From Candidatus Shapirobacteria bacterium (GTDB lineage: Bacteria; Patescibacteriota; Microgenomatia; UBA12405), in assembly GCA_022837635.1 (NCBI GenBank), contig JALHFY010000002.1:5055-69054 (forward strand): a stretch of DNA of 64,000 nucleotides, read 5' to 3'. This document shows positions 9,704-18,797 of the stretch, piece after piece. Position 1 is the first letter of the stretch. Each line of letters begins with the position of its first letter. The translations under genes were made by a program, and so were the position numbers. The notes under the pieces are model-generated. The model was not told where the DNA came from. It worked only from the letters and a program-made list of their open reading frames with translations, and did not search any database.

Positions 9704-10248
9704 TATAAGTTATCTTTTTCCCAGTTTTTAGGATTGTTTTTAATATACTTTTGAACAATAAAGAGTCGTTTGGGTGAATTGATAATTTCGTCGTAATAGC
9801 CAGATTGCCAAGCAAAAAGCAGATTATTTTGGCGGCAGCGACGAGTAACTGAGGACTTAAATTGGTTAATGATTAGAGGGATAATTTGTTTGGATTTTTG
9901 ATTTAATTTATTAAAAAAGTCGGGGTGGTTTTTGTGGGTATGAGTGATAATTTGAGATACGGGATTACCTTGTAGAGACGCCCCGCGGGGCGTCTCTACA
10001 GGAATGGAGATAAGCCAGTGAAGATGATTGGGCATAATCACCCACCCTAAAGAAAGAATTTCGGGATGAAAATGAATTGTTTTTGAGATTTCTTCAAAGG
10101 CAATTTGTCCGACGGAACTTAAAATAACCTGGCCATTGATGATTTTAGCCAAAAAACGATTATGTTTGTAAGTACAAATGGTAATAAAATAATGACCTGG
10201 ACGGGAATAATCCCAGTTTTTCAAACGACTGGATAAAGCACGGGGCAT
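9700..10248 (-). CDS. Y1 HUH tyrosine transposase, RAYT-like
   Basis: RL..WDYS..G.YFITICT, MPNHLH (HUH), WQ.GYYD, YIKNNP. Confidence 0.88.
   Translation of the reverse strand: MPRALSSRLKNWDYSRPGHYFITICTYKHNRFLAKIINGQVILSSVGQIAFEEISKTIHFHPEILSLGWVIMPNHLHWLISIPVETPRGASLQGNPVSQIITHTHKNHPDFFNKLNQKSKQIIPLIINQFKSSVTRRCRQNNLLFAWQSGYYDEIINSPKRLFIVQKYIKNNPKNWEKDNLY
9971..10000. repeat. Perfect 30-bp palindrome (GTAG-type REP-like) inside the transposase gene
   Basis: TGTAGAGACGCCCCG-CGGGGCGTCTCTACA. Confidence 0.9.
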
Positions 10249-10266
10249 GAAAAAGTGTAACCTATT

Positions 10267-11013
10267 TTACATAAGTTCTGATAGATTTTGGAAGAGTGAG
10301 GCGATAGTCATGGGGCCGATACCGCCGAAGGTAGGGGTAATGTAAGCAGCTTTTTGAGAACAGGAAGCAAAATCAATATCGCCATTAGCCACATCGACAA
10401 TCACACTCCCCTCTTGGACCATATCACCGGTAATCAAGTGTTTAACCCCGGTGGCGGAAATTAAAATATCGGCAGTTTTGGTAAATTGAGAAATATCGGG
10501 GGTTTGATTGTTGAGGAGAGTAATGATGTTGGTAAATTGAGAAAAATATTTTTTGAGAGGTTGACCAACTAAATCAGAGTCGTTGACGACAACGATATTT
10601 TGATTTTTGAAAGAAATTTGATAGTGAGATAAAAGAGTAATGATACCTTTGACGACCGCTGGTAAAACACCTGAATCAGGGTTAAGACCGTCGACATCTT
10701 TGGTGGGAGAAATCAGACCCAGAAGTTCTTTTTGAGGGTAATTTTTAGGTAAAGGTAATTGAATAAAAAACCCAGAGACATCAGTTTTATTATTTAATTG
10801 AGTAATTAATTGTTTCAAAACCTGGGGCTCGGTTTCAGTCGGTAAATGATAGAGTCTAAAGTTGACACCAAGACGAAGACTGGCCTGTTTTTTGAGGTCG
10901 ATATATTTGAGACTGGAGGGATCATTGCCAACCAAAATAACATCCAAATTGGCATTCAGTTGAAGACTGTTAAGAATTTGTTCAGAGAGGTTTTTGCCGT
11001 CAAGGAGAATCAT
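10267..11013 (-). CDS. folD: Methylenetetrahydrofolate dehydrogenase/cyclohydrolase
   Basis: ILLDGK, IQLPLP, KDVDG, ITPTFGGIGPMT. Confidence 0.92.
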   Translation of the reverse strand: MILLDGKNLSEQILNSLQLNANLDVILVGNDPSSLKYIDLKKQASLRLGVNFRLYHLPTETEPQVLKQLITQLNNKTDVSGFFIQLPLPKNYPQKELLGLISPTKDVDGLNPDSGVLPAVVKGIITLLSHYQISFKNQNIVVVNDSDLVGQPLKKYFSQFTNIITLLNNQTPDISQFTKTADILISATGVKHLITGDMVQEGSVIVDVANGDIDFASCSQKAAYITPTFGGIGPMTIASLFQNLSELM

Positions 11014-11768
11014 ATTTTGGTCAAAATTTCATGACCCCGGGGGGTGACTAAAACAGTATGTTCAAATTGAGCAGAGAGAGAATTATCTTGAGTAAAGACA
11101 GTCCAGCCATCTTGTTGGTCAATAAAGACCTGCCAATTGGGAGAGGCATTAACCATGGGTTCAATAGTAAAGACCATACCAGGACGTAGGAGAAGATGAT
11201 TTTGAGGAGTGTCAAAATGGAAGACAAAAGGAGCCTCGTGAAACTTAAGACCAACACCATGACCACCCAAATCCCGAACTGGAGAAAAATTAAAAGAACT
11301 GACATAATCCTCGATGGTTTTACCCACAACTTCGTTTAGGTAGCGACCTGGTTTAATTTTTTTGATAGCCATATCAAGAGATTTCTTGGTAACTTCAATT
11401 AATTTTTGAGCTTGGGGAGAAATTTGGCCAATGCCAAAAGTGGCGGAAGTGTCACCATAGAAACCATCTAAAATAGTGGTCACATCCAGATTGATAATAT
11501 CCCCTTCTTTTAATAGATGCTTAGAACTAGGAATGCCGTGACAAACCACATGATTAACCGAAGTACAAATACTTTTAGGAAAGCCGTTGTAATTGAGAGG
11601 GGCGGGAATAGCGCCATGATCCAGAATGTATTGATGGGCTTTTTGATTTAAGAATTCAGTGGAAATTCCGGGTTTTAAAAAAGAAGCGGTATATTGGAGA
11701 GTCTGGGCGGCCAGACGACAAGATTTTTTGATACCGGCAATCTGTGACGGAGTTTTAATGGTAACCAT
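11010..11768 (-). CDS. map: Methionine aminopeptidase type I
   Basis: CTSVN.VVCHGIP, DTSAT, GHGVG..FHE, TIEPM, SAQFEHT; start placed at ATG 11768. Confidence 0.95.
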   Translation of the reverse strand: MVTIKTPSQIAGIKKSCRLAAQTLQYTASFLKPGISTEFLNQKAHQYILDHGAIPAPLNYNGFPKSICTSVNHVVCHGIPSSKHLLKEGDIINLDVTTILDGFYGDTSATFGIGQISPQAQKLIEVTKKSLDMAIKKIKPGRYLNEVVGKTIEDYVSSFNFSPVRDLGGHGVGLKFHEAPFVFHFDTPQNHLLLRPGMVFTIEPMVNASPNWQVFIDQQDGWTVFTQDNSLSAQFEHTVLVTPRGHEILTKI

Positions 11769-11825
11769 CGCTTGATTATAACTCATTTGACAAGGAGACT
11801 AAACTCGTACTAAAATAGTAGTAGT

Positions 11826-12386
11826 ATGAACAAAATAAATGTAATTCCTCTACCCTACGCTTATGAGGCCTTAGAGCCGGTAATTTCCAAGCAGATTATG
11901 GAGCTACACCATGACAAACACTATGTGGCTTATGTCAATGGAGCCAATGCGGCTTTGGAAAGACCTGAAAAAAATCGTGAAAGTATCCGTGATTTTAGTT
12001 TTAACTACAACGGAGCGAAAATGCATGAAGTCTTTTTTGCCAACATGCGACCAGCTAGAGAAAACAACCGACCTGAAGGTAAAGTATTAGAAGCCATTAA
12101 TAAAAATTTCTCTTCTTTTGAAAATTTTCAAAAAGAATTCAGTCAGGCGGCGGTAACAGTGGAAGGCAGTGGTTGGGCAGTACTTTGGCAAAATGAAGAA
12201 GGTGAACTTTTCGTGGGACAACTGGAAAAACATAATTTATTGGCTTTGAATGGAGCCAAGCCGATTTTGGTCTTAGATGTTTGGGAACATGCCTATTATC
12301 TGGATTATCTGAATGATCGTAAAAAATATGTCGAAGAATGGTGGCAAATAGTTAATTGGGATGATGTGGGAAAAAGATTAAATTAA
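11826..12386 (+). CDS. Fe/Mn superoxide dismutase
   Basis: LPYAYEALEP, HHDKH, DVWEHAYY. Confidence 0.95.
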   Translation: MNKINVIPLPYAYEALEPVISKQIMELHHDKHYVAYVNGANAALERPEKNRESIRDFSFNYNGAKMHEVFFANMRPARENNRPEGKVLEAINKNFSSFENFQKEFSQAAVTVEGSGWAVLWQNEEGELFVGQLEKHNLLALNGAKPILVLDVWEHAYYLDYLNDRKKYVEEWWQIVNWDDVGKRLN

Positions 12387-12416
12387 TGCGGGGCTATGGC
12401 GTGCTAAACTGGAGTG

Positions 12417-13175
12417 ATGTCGACAAGAGACCGTTACAAAACAGCCTGGAAAGGCGAGGTCGGTAAGTGGTACAAAAATTTAGTTGGAAAAACCGGTAGT
12501 TTTTATCATCGGGAAGTGATTTTACCGGGAGTATTAAGACTTTTGAATCTCAAAAAAGAGGAAAAGTTGTTGGAGTTTGCTTGTGGTCAAGGAATTTTGG
12601 GTAGGCAAGTGAAAAATGAATACTTGGGGATGGATTTGTCACCAGAACTGATAGCAGAGGCCAAGAGATTGGATAAGGATCCGAAACATTATTATTGGGT
12701 GGGTGATGTCAGTAGAGAGATAAAACTTAATAAAATTTATGACAAGGGAGTGATGATTTTGGCATTGCAAAATATCAAAAAACCTTTTGGAGTCATCAGA
12801 AATTTTTCTAAATATTTGAAGAGTGGTAGTAGTTTAGTTTTAGTAATCAATCACCCGGCTTTTAGAATTCCCAAACACAGTGATTGGGTGGTCAAAGATG
12901 GGAAACAATGGCGGATGGAATCGATATATATGAGCCATAAAGAAATTGAAATTGAGAGCAGTCCTTTTGATAAAAAAAATAATCAAAAATCCTTCAGTTA
13001 TCATTGGTCGATATCGGCGATATCAGAAATGCTTTTGGATAATGCTTTTGTCATCAAAAAAATTGAGGAATGGATTTCTCCCAAGAAATCGGAGGGAAAA
13101 ATGGCTAAAATAGAAGATGAAGGGAGAAAGGAGTTTCCCTTCTTCATGGCTATTGAAGCAATCAAATATGAATAA
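12417..13175 (+). CDS. Class I SAM-dependent methyltransferase
   Basis: LLEFACGQG, GMDLS, NHPAFRIP. Confidence 0.85.
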   Translation: MSTRDRYKTAWKGEVGKWYKNLVGKTGSFYHREVILPGVLRLLNLKKEEKLLEFACGQGILGRQVKNEYLGMDLSPELIAEAKRLDKDPKHYYWVGDVSREIKLNKIYDKGVMILALQNIKKPFGVIRNFSKYLKSGSSLVLVINHPAFRIPKHSDWVVKDGKQWRMESIYMSHKEIEIESSPFDKKNNQKSFSYHWSISAISEMLLDNAFVIKKIEEWISPKKSEGKMAKIEDEGRKEFPFFMAIEAIKYE

Positions 13176-13374
13176 AAAATTTTTTATCAGTTCGGCAATT
13201 ATGGTGAGTCTGATAGTATTGGTGGCTTTTTTGGTGATAAACAGTCAAATAGAACTGAGGAAAAATAAAAAATGCCAACAAGAACGGATAATACCCATAT
13301 CGGAAAAATATTTTACTTGGGAAGGGATAAATGAATTGATTGGTAAGGGTGAATATCAACCGAAGTGTTTGTAG
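13168..13374 (+). CDS. Small membrane-anchored hypothetical protein
   Basis: MNKKFF plus hydrophobic stretch; overlaps the upstream stop. Confidence 0.5.
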   Translation: MNKKFFISSAIMVSLIVLVAFLVINSQIELRKNKKCQQERIIPISEKYFTWEGINELIGKGEYQPKCL

Positions 13375-13449
13375 ATCTTAAGAGTAATAATTTAGCATAG
13401 TTTGTGATATTATTAGACACATTTTAATTTATTTTAATATATTAAAAAA

Positions 13450-14295
13450 ATGAGAAATAAGGAATTACTTGGTGCTGTTAATCCTGAATCAACACTAGCT
13501 TTAAGCCCAGAACAAAGGCAAATTGAAGACGTACTCTTATCAAGCTTAGATGAAAATCAGCTGTTCTTATACTTATTGAAGGATAAATATCCTTTACTAT
13601 CAGATGATTTGAAGCCAGTTTTTATGGAAACCATTAATTTTGAAATGAAAAAAGAACTGAAAGTTTTAAATGATTGGATGGGAAGAGAATATAAACAGTT
13701 ATTCTTTTTATATGATGGCAATAAAGATGAACTTGATGAATATGAATTACGGTACGGGAGAGTAACAGACAATGAATTGTCAGAGTTGGTAAATGTTTGT
13801 ACGAGACAAAAAAGTAAATCAAAATATGTGATTAATGGTGGTAACCCAAATTTGCCCATCTTAACAGAGAATGAACAAAGGTTCGCAAAGGAAATTTCGG
13901 AGAAAGTGTTTAACGGAACAAGTAATACTTCAAGAAATTTAATAGAAGTTTGGTTGAAGAAATTAAAATTTATTAAAAAACTGAATGAACCGGATAATTT
14001 TTATCATTATTATGATATGTCAAAAGTTAATTTGGTAACACCGGAACAAATAGTAGATGATTTTTTAAATTCAATTCCAATAAAATGTAAAAACGGAAGT
14101 GGTTTTAATCCCTACAGTGTTTCATATTTAGTAGGAGGACAATTAATCAACCCAACTACTACCCCTTCAGGAATTGCTGATTATCGAACAATTTATGAAG
14201 AAGAATTTGGGATTTTACGGCAATTCTCCGAAATACTTGGACAAAATAACTTAAATGAAAGGGTAGATGATTTTTACAAAAAATATAAAGTCTAG
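13450..14295 (+). CDS. Hypothetical protein (AT-rich)
   Basis: 281 aa ORF, no recognisable motif. Confidence 0.65.
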   Translation: MRNKELLGAVNPESTLALSPEQRQIEDVLLSSLDENQLFLYLLKDKYPLLSDDLKPVFMETINFEMKKELKVLNDWMGREYKQLFFLYDGNKDELDEYELRYGRVTDNELSELVNVCTRQKSKSKYVINGGNPNLPILTENEQRFAKEISEKVFNGTSNTSRNLIEVWLKKLKFIKKLNEPDNFYHYYDMSKVNLVTPEQIVDDFLNSIPIKCKNGSGFNPYSVSYLVGGQLINPTTTPSGIADYRTIYEEEFGILRQFSEILGQNNLNERVDDFYKKYKV

Positions 14296-14299
14296 TTGT

Positions 14300-15295
14300 T
14301 TATTTAATTAAATTCGGTTGGGAGTTGAAGTTGATTTCGATGGGAAACAATTCAAAGGATTCTAATTTATTTTTGGAAAGTTGGAGTCGGGCGATTTGAG
14401 AGTGAGAAGTTTCGTAGGACCAGGATTGATCAAAAACGAAATTACCAAAAGAGTAAAAAATGGGTTTATTCCGATAAATTTCATAATCCTGCCAGACGTG
14501 AGGGTGATGACCATGAATAATATCAGCACCAGCATCAACTAATTGTTTGGCTAAATTAACACGCCAGGTTTCAGCAGTTGGCAAATACTCATTACCCCAG
14601 TGAATCGAAACAATGAGCCAGTCAACCTGGGAATCATATTTTTGAACATCATCTAAAAGAATTTGAGGATCCAATTTGGGATTGGAAATAAAATCATAAC
14701 CTAAAAAGCCAAAACGAATGCCGTTGACTTCTTTGGTGGCAAAGTCGGGAAAGTAAGTCAGATTAAAATCGGTTAAAAAATTTTTGGTTTGCAGATAACC
14801 CTCCTGTCCATAATTAAAAATATGATTATTAGCTAAATTAAAAACAAATTTATTTTCCTGAAGATAGGGTAAAAATCTTTCGTCACCACAAAAGGTGAAG
14901 GTACCGGTTTTACCTTCGGGACAATTGGTAATAATGGGACTTTCCAGATTGGCGATATTAAAATCGTGGAACTGAAGCCAAGAAGAAATTTTTTCAAAAG
15001 ACCAGTTAAAATTATTTTTACGGCGGGCAGTGGAGGTGATATGGCGACCAAGACCCAAATCGCCAACTAAACCAATAGAAACTACGGGAATGGGGGTGGG
15101 GGTGGCTGTGGGAGTGGAAGTGGGTTGGACAGTCGAATTAGATGAAGGAGTTATTTTTTTGGAGAACAGGATAGAATATAACAGACCAGATATGAATAAA
15201 AAGAGAATAGTGATTAAAATAGCGGTACTCCTCTGCGGAGCTTTGTTTTTAGGTGCTTGTAATGAGGGTAAAGCGGGTTTAGAAATATCGACCAT
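14300..15295 (-). CDS. CapA family metallophosphoesterase
   Basis: VGD, ANLESP, LANNH, SIHWG.EY, GHHPHV, YSFGNFVFDQ. Confidence 0.9.
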   Translation of the reverse strand: MVDISKPALPSLQAPKNKAPQRSTAILITILFLFISGLLYSILFSKKITPSSNSTVQPTSTPTATPTPIPVVSIGLVGDLGLGRHITSTARRKNNFNWSFEKISSWLQFHDFNIANLESPIITNCPEGKTGTFTFCGDERFLPYLQENKFVFNLANNHIFNYGQEGYLQTKNFLTDFNLTYFPDFATKEVNGIRFGFLGYDFISNPKLDPQILLDDVQKYDSQVDWLIVSIHWGNEYLPTAETWRVNLAKQLVDAGADIIHGHHPHVWQDYEIYRNKPIFYSFGNFVFDQSWSYETSHSQIARLQLSKNKLESFELFPIEINFNSQPNLIK

Positions 15296-15974
15296 ACCGG
15301 CAGCTCAAGTATACATTAATGGCCGGCAAGCAGGCGAAAGTAAGTATAAAAATTTGAATTTAACGCCCGGAGAAATTGATTTGAAACTAGTGGCTTCTCC
15401 TGATCAAATTTGGGAGCGAAAAATCCGTCTAGAAAATAATGTGACTTCGGTAATTGGATGGAATTTTGACGAAGACAGTGGCTATATTTTATCCATGGAA
15501 AAGAGCGGTCGGCCCGGCAGTATTCTGGTTAATTCCAGTCCAGGAGGAGCGATTATTTCAGTAGACAATGAGATTAAAAATACGACTCCAGCCAAAATTG
15601 AAAAGATAGAGACAGGCGATAGAAAGTTGGCCATTAGTTTTCCAGGCTACAAGCAATTGAATCTGATGGTGAGAACAGTGGAGGGCTACCAAATGTTAAT
15701 TGACGCTAAACTGGGGGTGGATAAAAAACAAGTAGAAATATTGCCAACTGTAGCACCCATAGAAATTAAAAAAGAAATGGTAAAAATACTCTCAACCGGG
15801 ACGGGCTGGTTAAGAGTTAGAGAAACTCCTAGTGAAGCTGGACGAGAATTAGGTAAGGTAAATACCGGAGAAAAAATGGAACTTCTGGGAGAAGAAGGAA
15901 CTTGGTATCATGTAGTCTTTGGAGAACATCAGGGTTTTATTGCGAAACGTTATGCCGAAAAAATCGCAGAGTGA
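15192..15974 (+). CDS. PEGA- and SH3-domain lipoprotein
   Basis: Signal/lipobox MNKKR...LFLGAC; two PEGA repeats; C-terminal TGWLRVR SH3b. Start uncertain. Confidence 0.8.
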   Translation: MNKKRIVIKIAVLLCGALFLGACNEGKAGLEISTIPAAQVYINGRQAGESKYKNLNLTPGEIDLKLVASPDQIWERKIRLENNVTSVIGWNFDEDSGYILSMEKSGRPGSILVNSSPGGAIISVDNEIKNTTPAKIEKIETGDRKLAISFPGYKQLNLMVRTVEGYQMLIDAKLGVDKKQVEILPTVAPIEIKKEMVKILSTGTGWLRVRETPSEAGRELGKVNTGEKMELLGEEGTWYHVVFGEHQGFIAKRYAEKIAE

Positions 15975-17007
15975 GACTAAAAAAGAGAATGGCAATACCT
16001 AAAAAGGCGTAAAATTTTTGCTGGCTATTAAGAAAGAGAGAGAGGATACCTAGAGAAAAACTAAGAAACCAATAAAAGAGAGAAATGCGACGACGGCCCC
16101 AACCTCGTTTGAGTAAGTGATGATGAAGATGATTGCCGTCGGACATTAAAGGCGGTCGTTTGTGCCAGAGTCGATAAGCAATCACAAAGATAGCATCAAG
16201 CATGGGTACAGCTAGTAAAAAAATCAAGGTGGCTAATTTAGCCCCGGAGAGAATAGACAGGACGGCCAACATAAAACCAGCCAGACTTTTACCACTATAA
16301 CCTGGCATAATTTTTTGAGGATAAAAGTTCCAAGGCAGGAAGCCTAAATAAGCACCAGAAACAATAAAGGCTAAAATAATCACCGGCCATTGAGTGGCAT
16401 CAGTGGAATAACGGAGAGCTAAAATGCCGATAAAGAAAGCAGAAATAGCCACAAAACCAGGCAGTTGACCTTCAACTCCGGCTGACCAACCAACAAAATT
16501 CATACACCACATAATCCAAAAAACGGCCACAATATCAGCTAAAAGCCAAATACTGTGAGGACCGAAAAAATTAAAATGGATTTGGGGTTGAGATAAATCG
16601 ATAATACCTCCAAAAGGATTGGAAACATAGGCAATACCAATACCTGAGGCCACGACAATTAAGGCTGAAAGAAGATTGGTAAACAAACGAAATTTGGGAC
16701 TAATGTCTTTGACGTCATCAACTAAACCAACAATGAGAGCTAAAGCCGCCGCCAAGAGAATACCTAAAAGATGTTTATCAAGAGGCAAAAAGATGAGTGA
16801 GGTAATTAGAATACTCAGAAAAATCGGTAAACCCCCTCCCCGAGGAACAATGGTAGTAGCGGTAGCATTACCACTTTTCTGTTGTTTGAGACGAGGATTT
16901 TCCAGCCATTTATGAGAAGTAAAAAATTTAATGACGGGAGGATATAAAGAATAACTAATAGTGGCAGAAATAAGGATGACTAAAAAGAGGTGGAGAGAAT
17001 CAATCAT
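15937..17007 (-). CDS. WecA/TagO/MraY family polyprenyl-phosphate sugar-1-phosphate transferase
   Basis: PRGGG, GLVDD, GFLPWNFYP.KI, HLHH. Confidence 0.9.
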   Translation of the reverse strand: MIDSLHLFLVILISATISYSLYPPVIKFFTSHKWLENPRLKQQKSGNATATTIVPRGGGLPIFLSILITSLIFLPLDKHLLGILLAAALALIVGLVDDVKDISPKFRLFTNLLSALIVVASGIGIAYVSNPFGGIIDLSQPQIHFNFFGPHSIWLLADIVAVFWIMWCMNFVGWSAGVEGQLPGFVAISAFFIGILALRYSTDATQWPVIILAFIVSGAYLGFLPWNFYPQKIMPGYSGKSLAGFMLAVLSILSGAKLATLIFLLAVPMLDAIFVIAYRLWHKRPPLMSDGNHLHHHLLKRGWGRRRISLFYWFLSFSLGILSLFLNSQQKFYAFLGIAILFFSLTLRFFRHNVSQ

Positions 17008-17378
17008 AGTGATAAGGAAATGATTTGAGTCACGGCAATAACTGAAAAAAGAGCGATAATAGGGGTAAAAATAACTAAAATTTTAGCGACGAAGTCTTTT
17101 TTGGGACGATAATAAAAGGCTAAGGAGTAATTGAAAATAATGGTTAGAAAGGTGAAGATGGGTAAGATAAAAATTGAAGAGGTTGAAGCCAACCATGAAG
17201 CACCCCAAGGACGAGAAAAATAGAGAGGAATTTGGGGCGGTAAATTTTTATAAAACCAGAGAATTAAAACAATTTGAAAAACAAATAAAATAAAAGAGAG
17301 CCTTAAAACAGGATAATTAAAAGGTTCCTGCCAAAATTTGCCAAGGCGGTCAAAAAAAAGGGAAATATTTTTGAGCAT
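17004..17378 (-). CDS. DUF1648-like membrane protein
   Basis: LPPQIPLYFSRPWG, three TM segments. Confidence 0.7.
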   Translation of the reverse strand: MLKNISLFFDRLGKFWQEPFNYPVLRLSFILFVFQIVLILWFYKNLPPQIPLYFSRPWGASWLASTSSIFILPIFTFLTIIFNYSLAFYYRPKKDFVAKILVIFTPIIALFSVIAVTQIISLSL

Positions 17379-17383
17379 TGGGG

Positions 17384-18793
17384 CTACTGATTATAACGGT
17401 AAATAGAAGTATCACCAATTTGATCAACTAGATGATAATAGTGACTAATAAAACTGTCTAATTGAGGAAAAGGTCGAGAAGATTGGGGATGATAGATGAT
17501 TATAGTTGGAGTTTGAGATTTAAGTTGAGAAATAATTAAATCGTGACCATGAAAATCGACAATATGATAAGCCACTAAATATTTAGTGGCAGGCAAGCGT
17601 TGACTCAGAGGATAAAGATAAGCGTCATCACCCCAAACAAAAAGAGTATCTTGAGGAGAAGATAATGACTGAACACGATTGGCTATTTGATAAAAATCTG
17701 GCACTCGATAACCAAAAAAACGGTAATAATCATCACGAGACTTAAGATGAAGAGCATAGCTGTAAAAATTTTGATAATAGGAAAAAACGGGATAAAAATA
17801 AAACTTAAAATGAAAGAGAGAATAAAGGAGAATAAAAAAAGCTAAAAGTGAAGGTAAGAAATATTTAGAAAAATAAAAAATTAAGATACAAAGAGGAGGT
17901 AAAATCTGAATTAGATAATGAGGATAAGGACGCCCCGGTAAAAGAACACCCATTAAAGCGGCAAAAAACCAAGCAAAGATAAATAGGAATTGTCGGGAAA
18001 TTTTTTGATGGCGATATAAAATGTAACCAAAAATCCACAAAAGAAGCATAATAACCCCCCGTCCAAATAAGCCACTGGAAAAGAGATTGCTTTGGTGAGA
18101 GCCCGTACTCCAAGAGGAAAGATAACCAAAGTTTTGAAGTAAGGAAGAAACAAGAAAAGGCTGGAGAGCGCCTTGTTTCCAAAAATAAATCAAATACAAA
18201 AGTATCGGTAAGAAAAAAGCCAGGGTAAAAAGAAATAGATTTTTAAGTTTAATTAAAAGTTTGTCTTTGAAAAAAATCAAAATCCAAAGAAAAAAGAAGG
18301 CAAATTCGATAGCTACAGGAACTTTAATAGTAAAGGCAAAACCGAGTAAGAGACCAGAAACTAGATATAAGAGGCTAGAAACTGGAGGTTTAGAGAGAAG
18401 AAGATAGACAGCGGTGATAGTAGGTAGAAGCATGAAAATCTCAGCATTGGCAATATTACCTTCAAAAAAAGGAATAGAGGTAATAACTAAAAATAATAAG
18501 GTGGCTAACTTGGCTTGACTTTCTCCTAGGAATTTAAGAGCCAGACGGTAAAAGAGGTAGATAGTGGGCAGCATCCAAAGTAGAAGTAAGAGACGAAAGC
18601 CAAAAACAGTCCGTGATAAAGCGGCCAGATAATAGAGTGTGGGGGGTTTGTTGTCATGAATTTGGGAATAAAGTGTCAAACCACCACGAATCCCCTGGCC
18701 TAGAGCCAAATAAATACCTTCATCGCCATACCAGTAAGGTTCAAAAAGAGAAGGGAGACGTAAGAAGAAAAATAGAAGTAGAGACCACAGCAT
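17384..18793 (-). CDS. GT-C fold (ArnT/PMT-like) membrane glycosyltransferase
   Basis: DEGIY, DNKPP, many TMs, YPHY. Confidence 0.8.
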   Translation of the reverse strand: MLWSLLLFFFLRLPSLFEPYWYGDEGIYLALGQGIRGGLTLYSQIHDNKPPTLYYLAALSRTVFGFRLLLLLWMLPTIYLFYRLALKFLGESQAKLATLLFLVITSIPFFEGNIANAEIFMLLPTITAVYLLLSKPPVSSLLYLVSGLLLGFAFTIKVPVAIEFAFFFLWILIFFKDKLLIKLKNLFLFTLAFFLPILLYLIYFWKQGALQPFLVSSLLQNFGYLSSWSTGSHQSNLFSSGLFGRGVIMLLLWIFGYILYRHQKISRQFLFIFAWFFAALMGVLLPGRPYPHYLIQILPPLCILIFYFSKYFLPSLLAFFILLYSLFHFKFYFYPVFSYYQNFYSYALHLKSRDDYYRFFGYRVPDFYQIANRVQSLSSPQDTLFVWGDDAYLYPLSQRLPATKYLVAYHIVDFHGHDLIISQLKSQTPTIIIYHPQSSRPFPQLDSFISHYYHLVDQIGDTSIYRYNQ

Positions 18794-18797
18794 TAGT

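Noticed and set aside
9700-10248. Complete IS200/IS605 element
   Set aside because: No tnpB or subterminal hairpins, and the gene abuts its neighbours.
15080-15135. GTGG-rich short repeats
   Set aside because: They encode an ordinary Pro/Thr linker in CapA.
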